Source: Bdellovibrionales bacterium (GTDB lineage Bacteria > Bdellovibrionota > Bdellovibrionia > Bdellovibrionales > UBA1609). From it: a DNA stretch of 64,000 bases. The position numbers and the translations under genes are program-made. Below the pieces are notes generated by a model. The model worked only from the letters and a program-made list of their open reading frames with translations, was not told the origin of the DNA and did no database searches. Every line of letters starts with the position of its first letter. Position 1 is the first letter of the stretch. Location: positions 160,001 through 224,000 of the forward strand of contig CBDBIB010000002.1 in NCBI GenBank assembly GCA_965205945.1, read 5' to 3'. Positions 48,455 through 59,207 of this stretch are shown here, in pieces.

Positions 48455-49981
48455 ATGAGAAATATAACAAAGGGGAGTAGGATGTCTTTTATTGAGGATT
48501 TAAGGAAACAATTTTTAATTTTTACAGAAGATCATATGATTAATATGATTATCGCTTTAATTTTTTTAGTCATTGGGATAGCTTTAATATATGTAGCAGT
48601 ATTAATATTAAAAAAGCTTATCTTTCCAATGCTAAAACTGAATTACTATTTTGGTAAACTTATGGGAAGAACTGAGCCACTATTTAATTTAGAGAAGTCC
48701 TTGATAAGAATATTCTTTATAATTTCTATTCTTACTATTTTTGCGTTAGCAGCTCAATTTGCTCAAGTAGATTATTTTATAGATATTTTTAATAATATTT
48801 TTACATGGATCGGGACTTTGGTGATTTTAACATTAAATGCATTAAGGCCTATAGCATTAGCACTTATATTTTCTTACTTGGTTCGTGCAGGGATTGTATG
48901 GTTTGGACACAAGGTGAAATTAGATGATCGTATAGGACAAAGACTTAATACTGGTGATGTAATTTCATTTAGTTTAACAAAGAGTATATCAGAAATAGCA
49001 TATGGCGTTGTATTTTTATATTTTCTTCCTGAAATTCTTAAAGGTATCGGGTTAGAGCAGCTGAGTGGACCTATTACAAAAATGTTTGAAGAAGTTGTAT
49101 CTTTTTTTCCAAGGCTTATTGTTGCAGGAATTATAGTTTTTCTGGGCTGGTTTGTGGCTAGACTTGTAAGGCAAACAGTTGAGAGTTTATTGGTTTCAAT
49201 GGGTGTTGATGGTGCTATTAAAAAGGTATTTGGTAAGAATGTTTTAGGCTCTTTAAAGATCTCTAAGATTATACCTACAATTATATACATGTTTATTATA
49301 GTTTTAGCGGTTATTCAAGCATTAGGAAAACTAAAGCTTGAAACCTTAACAGCACCAATTGAAAAACTCTTAAACTCTGCAGTTCAAGGTTTACCAACAG
49401 TAGTTTTTGCGGTGCTTTCAGTTTTAGGAGCTATGTATATTGGAGGTGTTATCTCTAATTTTGTATCAGGGCTTTTAAAAGATGTTGGTTTTGATAATAT
49501 TTATACAAAGCTGGGTCTATCAGAAATTAAAACAGGTGTTAAAACTCCATCAGAAATTATTGGATTTTTAGTGTCAACAGCTTTGGTGGTTATTATCACC
49601 ATGCAGGCTTTAGGAAGTTTAGGGTTTAATAATTTATCTGAAATTTTAAATACGCTTATATATAGATTTATTGATGTAATGGTAGGTATGTTTGTTTTTG
49701 GTATTGGCCTTTATGTAGCTAAGAAAGTTTCTTCTTGGGTTGAACAAGCTACTCAAGTACATTATGGTAAATTTTTAGCACTGGTGTCTAAATTTGTAAT
49801 CATTGTTATTTCTGGAGCCATGGCTCTTCAGCAAGTTGGAATTGCAGATGAAATTGTTAAAATAGCTTTTGCTCTTGCTATGGGTTCTATTGCTTTAGGA
49901 ACTGCAATAGCAATAGGTTTAGGCTCTAAAGATATAGCTGGTGAAGTTATAAGAGACTTTGTTTCTAAATTTAGAAAATAA
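48455..49981 (+). CDS. TM-helix-repeat membrane protein (CmpX / mechanosensitive-channel associated)
   Basis: Repeated PxLxxAxxIxxxGxxVA helices; terminal AIAIGLGSKDIAG. Confidence 0.8.
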   Translation: MRNITKGSRMSFIEDLRKQFLIFTEDHMINMIIALIFLVIGIALIYVAVLILKKLIFPMLKLNYYFGKLMGRTEPLFNLEKSLIRIFFIISILTIFALAAQFAQVDYFIDIFNNIFTWIGTLVILTLNALRPIALALIFSYLVRAGIVWFGHKVKLDDRIGQRLNTGDVISFSLTKSISEIAYGVVFLYFLPEILKGIGLEQLSGPITKMFEEVVSFFPRLIVAGIIVFLGWFVARLVRQTVESLLVSMGVDGAIKKVFGKNVLGSLKISKIIPTIIYMFIIVLAVIQALGKLKLETLTAPIEKLLNSAVQGLPTVVFAVLSVLGAMYIGGVISNFVSGLLKDVGFDNIYTKLGLSEIKTGVKTPSEIIGFLVSTALVVIITMQALGSLGFNNLSEILNTLIYRFIDVMVGMFVFGIGLYVAKKVSSWVEQATQVHYGKFLALVSKFVIIVISGAMALQQVGIADEIVKIAFALAMGSIALGTAIAIGLGSKDIAGEVIRDFVSKFRK

Positions 49982-50034
49982 AAGATATTAAGATTTTTAA
50001 AAATTAGAAACAAAAAAAATCGTAACTTTTTAGG

Positions 50035-50841
50035 TTACGATTTTTTAATTAATTTTTTAATGAATTCTTTTTGAGTTCTTAAATGATCAGGGATTTTATA
50101 TCCTGGCTTGATTAAAGAAGTTATAAAATTCTTAGCCTTAACAAGCTTGTCCTGAGTAATATATAAATCTATTAAAGCTTGAACCACAGTAATTTGATAT
50201 ATTTCAGGTTCAGCCTTGATAAGCTTTAAGAAGATATTTTCAGCATCACTAAGATCTTGAGTTTGAGTTAAAGATTTTCCATATGAGAATAAAGTAAGCT
50301 TATCATCTCCTCCACTTAGAAAGTATTTTTTAAGATATTTAGTACTATCAACAAATCTTTTTTGTCTAAATAAAAGCATGCCCATTTTTTGATTTACATC
50401 AGTATTGTCGGGATATTTTTTTAGGAAAATAGTATACATTTTTTCAGCTTGGATTAAAAGACTCTTTTTAAAAGACATATCACCTAAAGAAAGTGCTTGA
50501 TTTGGAGAAATAGTTCCTAAAACTCTAGAAATTTCTAAGGGAGTAACTTTAATAGATTCTTTTCCCCATTTTGCCGTATGAATAAAACTAGTTATTAAAA
50601 AAAGAGACAAGCCTATTATAACGTAACTAGAACTCTTATTTTTTTTAAATTCAAATTTAGTTTGAGATGTGCTTCGGCTATACCCACAGGTACAAATTAC
50701 CATTTCTTCATCCATGCGCTCTACAGGGATGAGTGCTTCACAATCAGGGCAAATTTCTTGTTGTAACATAATGTTTCTCCTTTGATGTTTATTTCTACAT
50801 TTAAAGAGGAAAGCAAAATAGGGGCAAAGCTTTAATGCCAT
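50035..50841 (-). CDS. Zn-ribbon + TM + TPR-like protein (likely start ATG 50769)
   Basis: CPDC...CTCG, one TM helix, helical repeats; GGAG before MLQQEIC. Confidence 0.7.
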   Translation of the reverse strand: MALKLCPYFAFLFKCRNKHQRRNIMLQQEICPDCEALIPVERMDEEMVICTCGYSRSTSQTKFEFKKNKSSSYVIIGLSLFLITSFIHTAKWGKESIKVTPLEISRVLGTISPNQALSLGDMSFKKSLLIQAEKMYTIFLKKYPDNTDVNQKMGMLLFRQKRFVDSTKYLKKYFLSGGDDKLTLFSYGKSLTQTQDLSDAENIFLKLIKAEPEIYQITVVQALIDLYITQDKLVKAKNFITSLIKPGYKIPDHLRTQKEFIKKLIKKS

Positions 50842-51232
50842 TAATTTAGATTTGAGAAGTTTTAGCAGGAAAATTTTTCAAAAATAAGCCTTAAAATTGT
50901 TATTCATTGGCCGTTTATTTTTCAGGATTTAATTAAAAGATCATAAAAAAGTAGAAATAACCTTTTATAAGAATCAGTTTTATTAACAAGTTTAATTTTA
51001 AAAAACTAGCAAACAAAGGGTTTAGGAAATTAGTGGCCATAAGAAATCTGAATTTTATTAGATTATATGAGGTTTATTGAAAATATGTGGGAGTCAGAGA
51101 AAGGGTATTTATAAACGTTTTTTGATGTTTTAAAAATTAAATTACTAAAATAAGAGAGGCTATGTGTAATCAAGCCAAGTTTTAATTAAAGGTTTTCTTG
51201 TCTAATTTTATAGACAAGCTATAATAAAGCCT

Positions 51233-52231
51233 ATGGGAAAAGTACTTACAGGAATTAAAGCAACAGGTGTTCATCTTGGTAATTGGGTAGGTGCTATTCA
51301 GCCTGCATTAGATATGATTAAAAATAGTACTGATATGGGATATTTTTTTATTGCAGATTATCATGCATTAAATGCTGTAAAGGATGCTAAAACTTTAGTT
51401 GATACTACAGCAGAAGTTGCAGCAACCTGGCTTGCCTTAGGTTTAGACCCTAAAAAAACAATTTTTTATAAACAATCTGATATTCCAGAAATTATGGAAA
51501 TCTCAGTGATTTTAGCATCAGTCGCCTCAAAAGGTCTATTAAATAGAGCACATGCGTATAAAGCTAAAACAGCTTTAAATCAAAAAGAGGGAAAGCTTGA
51601 TTTAGACCATGGTGTGAATATGGGACTGTTTACTTACCCGCTTTTAATGGCAGCAGATATTTTAGCATTTAATGCAAACAAGGTTCCTGTTGGAGAAGAT
51701 AATACTCAACATCTAGAGATTACAAGAGATATTGCTAGAAAGTTTAATAGGTTTTTTAAAAGTAAAACCTTTGTCCTTCCTGAGCTTGTAGTTAGAAAAG
51801 GCAGGAAACTACTTCCTGGAATAGATGGACGGAAAATGAGTGCTTCATATAATAATCATATTCCAATTTTTTTATGTGAAAAAAAACTTAGAAAAATAAT
51901 CATGAAGATTACAACAGACTCTACCCCTCCTGGAGAATCTAAAGAAATAAAAGCAAATTTGATTTTTAAACTCTATTCTGAATTTGCAAATATGGAACAA
52001 ATTCAAGCTTTAGAAAAAAAATATGCTCAAGGGATTTCTTGGGGAGAGGCTAAGCAAGAGCTTTTTCAAGTTTTAGATGAAAGGCTTTCAGGACCTAGAC
52101 AGATATATAATTACTATATGCAAAATAAAGATGATTTAAATACTATTTTAAAAGAAGGTGCTAGAAAAGCTCGAGAAACCACAAGGTTAGTACTTAGGGA
52201 TGTTAAAAAAGCTATTGGTGCTGTTAACTAA
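51233..52231 (+). CDS. trpS: Tryptophan--tRNA ligase
   Basis: HLGN, IADYHA, YPLLMAADIL, VPVGED, KMSAS. Confidence 0.95.
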   Translation: MGKVLTGIKATGVHLGNWVGAIQPALDMIKNSTDMGYFFIADYHALNAVKDAKTLVDTTAEVAATWLALGLDPKKTIFYKQSDIPEIMEISVILASVASKGLLNRAHAYKAKTALNQKEGKLDLDHGVNMGLFTYPLLMAADILAFNANKVPVGEDNTQHLEITRDIARKFNRFFKSKTFVLPELVVRKGRKLLPGIDGRKMSASYNNHIPIFLCEKKLRKIIMKITTDSTPPGESKEIKANLIFKLYSEFANMEQIQALEKKYAQGISWGEAKQELFQVLDERLSGPRQIYNYYMQNKDDLNTILKEGARKARETTRLVLRDVKKAIGAVN

Positions 52232-52463
52232 CTTAAAGCAGAGTAAGTATAACAATTTTTTAAATCATATTAGAAAATATACTCATATTTTTTTACTCTT
52301 AAAAGTATTAAAGTTTTTTTAAAAGGGGGTGTGCCTTAGGTAAATTTTTAAGTTCGTATATAGGTTGCAAAACTGTTGAAAGTATCAAAAAAAAACTATA
52401 GGTTTACACAATTTTATGGTGTATTAAAATGTAGAAGTTTAGATGAGTTACTATAAGTTAAAT

Positions 52464-53870
52464 TTATAGTTGTCTTACACGTTTATTTACATCAAGGGCT
52501 GCTTCTCTCATAGTTTCTGAAAGAGTAGGGTGGGCATGAAAGCTTCTTGCCATATCTTCAGAACTTCCTCCAAACTCCATTGTTATAATAGCTTCAGCAA
52601 TTAGGTCAGAAGCATTTGGCCCTATAATATGAACACCTATAATTTCATCGTTGTCAGCCCTACAGATAATTTTAACCATTCCCTCAGTGCAGCCTAGAGA
52701 TTTTGCTCTACCGTTTGCCAAGAATGGAAATTTACCAACTTTAATTTTTCCAAATTCAGAGCTCGCCTCTTCTTCAGTTAATCCTACAGATGCGACTTCG
52801 GGCCATGTATAGATTACAGAGGGGATTGTTTTGTAATTAACATGCCCAGTTTGTCCTGCAAGTGTTTCAGCAATACAAACCCCTTCTTCTTCAGCTTTAT
52901 GTGCAAGCATAGGACCTGGAATCACATCACCAATTGCAAAAATATTTGAAACAGAGGTTTGAAAACGGCTATTTACTTTAATAGTGCCACGTTTATTTAA
53001 TTTAACACGAGTGTTCTCTAACCCTAAACCCTTAGTATATGGAATTCTTCCAGCAGCAACTAAAACAACATCACAATCGTGTGTTGTTAAAGATTTTAAA
53101 GAAACATTTTTAATTTGAAGGTTTAAACTATTTTTATCTTTAATCACAGAATTTACTTTATGGCCAAGTATAAATTTAAGCCCTTGTTTTTCTAAAGACT
53201 TATGAAGCACTTTAACAATAGATTTATCAGTATTGCCTGCAATGTTTTCTTCAAATTCAACAATAGTTACTTTAGAGCCAAGTCTTGCCCAAACAGAACC
53301 AAGCTCAAGACCTATAACTCCGCCACCAATAACATAAAGTTTTTTAGGAACAGTAGATAGTTTTAGGGCACCAGTTGATGAAACAATTTTTTCCTCATCA
53401 ATGTTAAATTCTAGAGGGTTAGGAGCACTTCCTGTAGCAATAATAAAATTTTTAGCTTTAATGGTTTGAGCACTACCATTATTTAAAGAGACTGTAATTT
53501 CTTTGTCGTTTAAAAAAGAAGCTGTTCCAAAAAATGTAGTAATTTTGTTTTTGTTCATTAAAAAATTAATACCATTTGTAAGATCTAAAACAATTTTATT
53601 CTTACGCTTCATCATTTGTGATAAATTTAATTTTACAGAAGAAAAATCAACCCCATGATTTTTAAAATCATGTTGGGCTTTAGAAAAAAATTCTGAAGAT
53701 TGAAGGAGAGCTTTTGATGGAATACACCCCACATTAAGACATGTTCCTCCTAAAGTGCTTGCTTTTTCAATAATAGCTGTTTTTAAGCCAAGTTGTGATG
53801 CTCTGATTGCGCTAGTGTAGCCACCAGGGCCAGATCCAATAATGACCAGGTCAAACTCTTTCATATACAA
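52464..53870 (-). CDS. lpdA: Dihydrolipoamide dehydrogenase
   Basis: GSGPGG, GGTCLNVGCIPSK, HAHPTLSE. Confidence 0.97.
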   Translation of the reverse strand: MYMKEFDLVIIGSGPGGYTSAIRASQLGLKTAIIEKASTLGGTCLNVGCIPSKALLQSSEFFSKAQHDFKNHGVDFSSVKLNLSQMMKRKNKIVLDLTNGINFLMNKNKITTFFGTASFLNDKEITVSLNNGSAQTIKAKNFIIATGSAPNPLEFNIDEEKIVSSTGALKLSTVPKKLYVIGGGVIGLELGSVWARLGSKVTIVEFEENIAGNTDKSIVKVLHKSLEKQGLKFILGHKVNSVIKDKNSLNLQIKNVSLKSLTTHDCDVVLVAAGRIPYTKGLGLENTRVKLNKRGTIKVNSRFQTSVSNIFAIGDVIPGPMLAHKAEEEGVCIAETLAGQTGHVNYKTIPSVIYTWPEVASVGLTEEEASSEFGKIKVGKFPFLANGRAKSLGCTEGMVKIICRADNDEIIGVHIIGPNASDLIAEAIITMEFGGSSEDMARSFHAHPTLSETMREAALDVNKRVRQL

Positions 53871-53879
53871 AAAACTCCC

Positions 53880-55094
53880 TTATACACCTAAAATTAATCG
53901 TCTTGGATCCTCTAAGCGTTCTTTAACTTTAACTAAAAAACTAACAGATTCTTTTCCGTCAATGATTCTATGATCATAAGATAAGGCAAGATACATCATT
54001 GGACGGATTTGAATTTCACCATTTATAACTATTGGTCTATCTTGGATTTTATGCATTCCTAAGATAGCGCTTTGTGGAGGGTTTAAAATTGGTGTGGACA
54101 TTAAAGATCCATAAACACCTCCGTTACTGATAGTAAAAGTTCCGCTAGTAAGATCATTAATAGTAAGTTTATTATTTTCAGATTTAATAGCAAAATTTTT
54201 AATAGAACCTTCAATTTCATGAATTTTCATTAGGTCAGCATCCTTAACAACAGGAACAACTAAACCTTTAGGACCTCCAATAGCAATCCCCATATTTACA
54301 AAGTCATTGAAAACAAGGTGAGTCCCATCAATTTGTCCATTAAGAGCAGGAAATTCTTTTAAAGTTTCACAAACAGATTTTACGAAAAACCCCATATAAC
54401 CTAAACGAATTTTGTACTTTGTTTTAAAATCATCTTGATACTTTTTTTTAAGGGCTATAACTTGTGTCATATCAATTTCATTAAAAGTAGTAAGAATAGC
54501 GGCTGTTTGTTGTGCTAGTACTAAACGTTCTGCAATTTTTTTACGAAGGGTAGTCATTTTTTCTCGCCTACTTTGCCTATTTGTAAAAGAAGGGGCTTTA
54601 AAAATAGGGGTAGGATCGGTCTTACTAGGGGTAACTGTTGGTGTAGAAGCATTTAAAGCATCGCTTTTAGTAATATTTCCTTTTGGACCAGTTGCAAAAG
54701 TTTTAGAAGCTAAAATACCACGTTCATTTAAGATTTTTTTAGCAGCAGGACCTGGAACTCCGGAAGCTGAAGAAGAAATCTGACTTAAAGTTGCTGTGGG
54801 AGTAGAGGTTTTTTCAGTTTTTTGAGGAGCATTTTCTTTTTTTAAAGGTTTAGCGATTGCAGAATCAATTTGGCCAATGACCGCTCCCACATTAATAGTG
54901 TCACCATTGGAAGCCTTAGTGGTTAAAACCCCGGAGGATTCAGCTATGAGTTCAACAGAAGCTTTGTCTGTCTCAAGAGTTACAAGAGCTTCGTTTTTTT
55001 CCACATAATCACCAGATTGTTTAAGCCATTCATCAATGACTGCTTCAGTAACAGATTCTCCGATGGAGGGTATTTTTATGTCTACATTGCTCAC
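53880..55094 (-). CDS. sucB: 2-oxoglutarate dehydrogenase E2
   Basis: Lipoyl [20 protein letters not shown]. Confidence 0.96.
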   Translation of the reverse strand: MSNVDIKIPSIGESVTEAVIDEWLKQSGDYVEKNEALVTLETDKASVELIAESSGVLTTKASNGDTINVGAVIGQIDSAIAKPLKKENAPQKTEKTSTPTATLSQISSSASGVPGPAAKKILNERGILASKTFATGPKGNITKSDALNASTPTVTPSKTDPTPIFKAPSFTNRQSRREKMTTLRKKIAERLVLAQQTAAILTTFNEIDMTQVIALKKKYQDDFKTKYKIRLGYMGFFVKSVCETLKEFPALNGQIDGTHLVFNDFVNMGIAIGGPKGLVVPVVKDADLMKIHEIEGSIKNFAIKSENNKLTINDLTSGTFTISNGGVYGSLMSTPILNPPQSAILGMHKIQDRPIVINGEIQIRPMMYLALSYDHRIIDGKESVSFLVKVKERLEDPRRLILGV

Positions 55095-55106
55095 TAGGCT
55101 TTCTCC

Positions 55107-57845
55107 TTAATAAAATTTAAAGCATGAATTAATAATATCATTTTGTTCTTTTTTATGTATTAATGGAGAGCCTGTTGCAGGTGAAGACCGTTCAGTTCTT
55201 CCTAAATAATACAGTTCAGGCTCTTTTTTTATCATTTGTAAAACTTTTTTTAATTTTGGTGCAATAAACCAATAAGCACCCATATTTTGAGGTTCTTCTT
55301 GTGCCCATACAAATTCTTTTGCATTTTTATAGGTTAAAAGTATGGTTGATAATTTTTCATCAGGGAAAGGATAAAGTTGTTCAATTCTAATAAGAGCAAC
55401 ATCTTTACAAACAGTCTTTTCTTGGACCTGTAAAAGATCGTAGTAAAGTTTTCCTGAGCATATTACAATACGTTTAGCGTTTAAGTGTTGATTATCAGGA
55501 ATTACTTCCATGAACTTTCCATGAGTTAAATCTTTTTTACTAGCTATGACTTTTGAGTGCCGGAGTAAAGATTTTGGAGACATAATAATAAGAGGTTTTC
55601 TAAAATCTCTTTTAATCTGTCTTCTTAGACCATGGAACAATTGGGCTGGAGTTGTAAAGTTACAAACCTGCATATTGTTTTGAGCACAAAGCTGTAAAAA
55701 TCTTTCAAGTCTAGCACTTGAATGTTCGGGACCTTGACCTTCATAACCATGAGGAAGAAGAAGGACTAAGCCGTTTGATCTATACCACTTTGCTTCACCA
55801 CTTGAAATAAATTGGTCAATAATAATTTGTGCGCCATTTGCAAAATCACCAAATTGAGCTTCCCAAATAGTTAGAAATTGTGGATCTGAAATAGAGTTTC
55901 CATATTCAAAACCTAAAACTGCCATTTCAGATAAAGGACTGTTATAAATACAAAATTCCTGGTCTGGGTTTACTGTGGATAAAGGAGAATATTCATTGTT
56001 GTTTTCTGAATCAAAATAAACAGAATGTCTATGAGTGAAGGTTCCTCGCTTACAATCTTGTCCAGATAAACGAACTGGAGTTCCTTCAGCGATTAAGCTT
56101 CCATAACATAGAAGTTCTGTAGTTCCCCAATCAAGTTTATCTTCATCAAACATTTTTTTACGATTGCTCATAAGGCGTTTAATTTTACTGTGAGCCTTAA
56201 AATTCTTTGGTGTGGTGGTTATTTTTTCAATAATATTTTCTAAGTCAGAAAGTTTTGTTTGAGTAGGGTATTCTTTTTTAAGATCTTTAGAATCGGCCCA
56301 TTTAAGACCTTGCCAAAGGCCTGTAAAAGCAAAAGGCTTTACTTTAGGAGGAGCTATTTTTATTTCATCGTGTATCTTTTGTAGGTTATCAATTTTTGAA
56401 TTAAAAAAGTTTTGACTCTCTATATCTGTAAATTTTTTTTTGTCAGAAAGTTCTTTCGCATACTGAGCATAAACAGTAGGGTGTTTTTTAATTTTTGAGT
56501 ACATAATGGGTTGTGTAAAAGCAGGCTCATCGCCTTCATTATGTCCAAATCTTCTATATCCAATAAGATCAATAAGAACATCTTGTTTAAATTCTTGTCT
56601 AAAGCGAAGAGCCATATCCATTGCTCGAACACAGGCTTCTGGATTGTCAGCATTCACTAAAATAACAGGAGCTTTAATTGTTTTAGCAATATCTGAAGCA
56701 TAATTTGTACTTCTTGAATCATTTGGAATTGTTGTAAAGCCTATTTGGTTATTCATGATGATGTGAATGGATCCGCCTACTTTATAGCCGTCTAGTTGAG
56801 AAAGTTGGAAGGTTTCACTAACAACACCTTGTCCAATAACAGCAGCGTCACCATGTATAAGAATAGGTATAACTTTTTCTCTTTTTTTAGTGTCATTTAA
56901 TCGACGTTGTTTTGCTCTGGTCATTCCACAGACAACAGGGGATACGGCTTCAAGATGTGAAGGGTTAAAAGCTAAAGAAACATGGCATTTTTTTCCTTTC
57001 AAAGTTTCTTTCTCCGCAGAAAAGCCCATATGGTATTTAACATCAGCATCGTATTCTTTTAAAGCTCCCATATGACCGTTAAATTCAGCAAGGATGAGTT
57101 TTAAACCTTTATTCATAAAGTTGGTTAAAACGTTTACTCGGCCTCTATGTGCCATGGCAATAATGATCTCTTTAATAGATAGATCATTTACGCCTTTTTC
57201 AACAAGATATTCAAGCATTGGAATAAGAGAATCACAACCTTCAATGGAGAATCTTTTTGCTCCTATATAGCGAGTATGAATAAATTTTTCTAAAGATTCT
57301 GTTCTTGCTAGTTGCTTAAGAATATTGATTTGTAGGTCTTTAGTAATTTTAAATTTTTGATTTTCAAATTCATTCCAAAACCATCTTCTTATATTGGGCG
57401 AGCACTCGGCAGCTTGAAGGGTAATGTTTCCACAATATATTTTTTCTAAAGAGTCAACAATTGTAGATAAGGGGGAGGCTGGAAGGCCTATTTTTGAGGC
57501 GACAGAAAACTTTTTTGTCTTGCTGATGCTTTTAATATTTAAATTGGTAAAGGATTTAAATTTATTTGTATTTGAAGAAAGTTTTAAAGGATCAAGCTTT
57601 GCATTTAAGTGACCATAGTCACGGTAAATTCGAATAATTTCATGAACATTAATCTCATCGGATGAAAAGAATCCTTTTTCAAAAGATTGATCAAGCTTTT
57701 TGGATTTTGCAAACTCCATGCCTTCAAAAAAACGAGTCCACTCATGATCAACTTGTGAGGGATCCTTGGTAAAGAGTTCATAAATGGACTCTAAATATTC
57801 AAGATTTGTTCTAGATAAATAGTCGGAGTGCTCATTAATTTTCAT
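55107..57845 (-). CDS. sucA: 2-oxoglutarate dehydrogenase E1
   Basis: MAHRGR, NPSHLE, HGDAA, WEAQFGDF, HGYEGQGPEHSS. Confidence 0.97.
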   Translation of the reverse strand: MKINEHSDYLSRTNLEYLESIYELFTKDPSQVDHEWTRFFEGMEFAKSKKLDQSFEKGFFSSDEINVHEIIRIYRDYGHLNAKLDPLKLSSNTNKFKSFTNLNIKSISKTKKFSVASKIGLPASPLSTIVDSLEKIYCGNITLQAAECSPNIRRWFWNEFENQKFKITKDLQINILKQLARTESLEKFIHTRYIGAKRFSIEGCDSLIPMLEYLVEKGVNDLSIKEIIIAMAHRGRVNVLTNFMNKGLKLILAEFNGHMGALKEYDADVKYHMGFSAEKETLKGKKCHVSLAFNPSHLEAVSPVVCGMTRAKQRRLNDTKKREKVIPILIHGDAAVIGQGVVSETFQLSQLDGYKVGGSIHIIMNNQIGFTTIPNDSRSTNYASDIAKTIKAPVILVNADNPEACVRAMDMALRFRQEFKQDVLIDLIGYRRFGHNEGDEPAFTQPIMYSKIKKHPTVYAQYAKELSDKKKFTDIESQNFFNSKIDNLQKIHDEIKIAPPKVKPFAFTGLWQGLKWADSKDLKKEYPTQTKLSDLENIIEKITTTPKNFKAHSKIKRLMSNRKKMFDEDKLDWGTTELLCYGSLIAEGTPVRLSGQDCKRGTFTHRHSVYFDSENNNEYSPLSTVNPDQEFCIYNSPLSEMAVLGFEYGNSISDPQFLTIWEAQFGDFANGAQIIIDQFISSGEAKWYRSNGLVLLLPHGYEGQGPEHSSARLERFLQLCAQNNMQVCNFTTPAQLFHGLRRQIKRDFRKPLIIMSPKSLLRHSKVIASKKDLTHGKFMEVIPDNQHLNAKRIVICSGKLYYDLLQVQEKTVCKDVALIRIEQLYPFPDEKLSTILLTYKNAKEFVWAQEEPQNMGAYWFIAPKLKKVLQMIKKEPELYYLGRTERSSPATGSPLIHKKEQNDIINSCFKFY

Positions 57846-57974
57846 TTTTAAAAGCCCCTTTAAATTTTATTTACACTCTACCTTAAGAAGAGGGGTTTGG
57901 CTATGCGAAGATATGGTATTGGGCAAAGTTTTCTAGACTTGCTTCTGGGGTATTAAGCGTAGAAAATATGGTAT

Positions 57975-58517
57975 ATGGACTTAGATAAGGTAATATTTAA
58001 AACAATTAACAGTTACAAAATGCCTTCCATTTTTGATAATATCTTTGCATATTTACATGGTTTTATAAATATAGAAATTATATTTTTTCTTTTTTCTGTT
58101 ATTTTATTTCTCATAGTGGTAGTAGCTCCTAAAAAAGGACCTAGAGCTGTAAGTGCAACTTTTATAGTAACAATGATTACTTATTTTGGAATGGATAACG
58201 TTAAAAAGCTATTACTTAGGCCATATCCTGTTTTGAGTAATGATTTTAAGACTATTTTAAGAGTAGAAGTTATGCAATCTGTTAGTGCCTTTCCAGTGAT
58301 GTCAACGTTTATGTTTGCAGTTATAATAATGTCTATTATATTTTACTTTGAAAGATACTCAATAGTGTTTATTTTTATATCCTTAATCTACGCAATGATG
58401 CCTATTTATTTAGGGTTTGCTTATCCCTCAGATGCTTTTGGATCATTAATCTTAGGCTTTGTATTAAGTTATATCTTTATGCAATTTTTATCTAAAATTC
58501 AATATTTCTCTAGATAA
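57975..58517 (+). CDS. PAP2-like membrane protein with degenerate catalytic motifs
   Basis: K-x4-RPYP, SAFP, IYLGxxYPSD; catalytic His residues not evident. Confidence 0.65.
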   Translation: MDLDKVIFKTINSYKMPSIFDNIFAYLHGFINIEIIFFLFSVILFLIVVVAPKKGPRAVSATFIVTMITYFGMDNVKKLLLRPYPVLSNDFKTILRVEVMQSVSAFPVMSTFMFAVIIMSIIFYFERYSIVFIFISLIYAMMPIYLGFAYPSDAFGSLILGFVLSYIFMQFLSKIQYFSR

Positions 58518-58739
58518 AATTCACTTGATTATAAATTACAGAATGAAAACACAGGTTAATATATGCCTTTTAGGCAAAAAAGGTCCTAAGTTCTTAGTGT
58601 AAATTGATTTTCTTAAATTTTCTTAATAAGTAATCTATATTAATAAAGACTCGTAATTAAATAATTTATTAAAAGATAATGTTCTTAATTAATAAAATAA
58701 ATTAAAACATGTTGGTAAAGTAAGCGAATTAAAAAATTT

Positions 58740-58877
58740 CTAGCGATTTTTGTGTTTTTTGCAAGTTTTAGTGCACTCTTTTTTAACAGTTTCTTTTTTA
58801 ATCTTGCAAGAATCACATTTTGAGTGTATTGCACAAGATCCTAGAAAAAATAAACTAGATAAAATAATATACTTCAT
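58740..58877 (-). CDS. Small Cys/Lys-rich lipoprotein, 45 aa (below ORF-track cutoff)
   Basis: MKYIILSSLFFLGSCAIHSKCDSCKIKKETVKKECTKTCKKHKNR*; lipobox LGSC; SD AAGGAG. Confidence 0.7.
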   Translation of the reverse strand: MKYIILSSLFFLGSCAIHSKCDSCKIKKETVKKECTKTCKKHKNR

Positions 58878-59207
58878 AATAACTCCTTTTAAGTGTTTTA
58901 TTAATTTTTTTTAGATAAAACTCTTTTATATTTTAAGTTAGATTTAGTTGCAAGGGAAAAAACAAGTAGTACTTGGTCATACTACTATAGTGTAATTAAT
59001 AAATAGGCTTTGGAACTTTTATAGCCTTATTTTTTAGCTTTTATCTTTATAATCATTAAAATATACTGCTTAGAATCAAGTTCTACTTTATTACAAGACT
59101 CTATAATTGTGTAGGATAAACAAAGATTTTTTTGCTTTTTAAGGGGCTTTCTGGTGTTGGAATCTAAATTCACTAGTTGTGGGTTAAGCAATACCTTATC
59201 GAGTATA

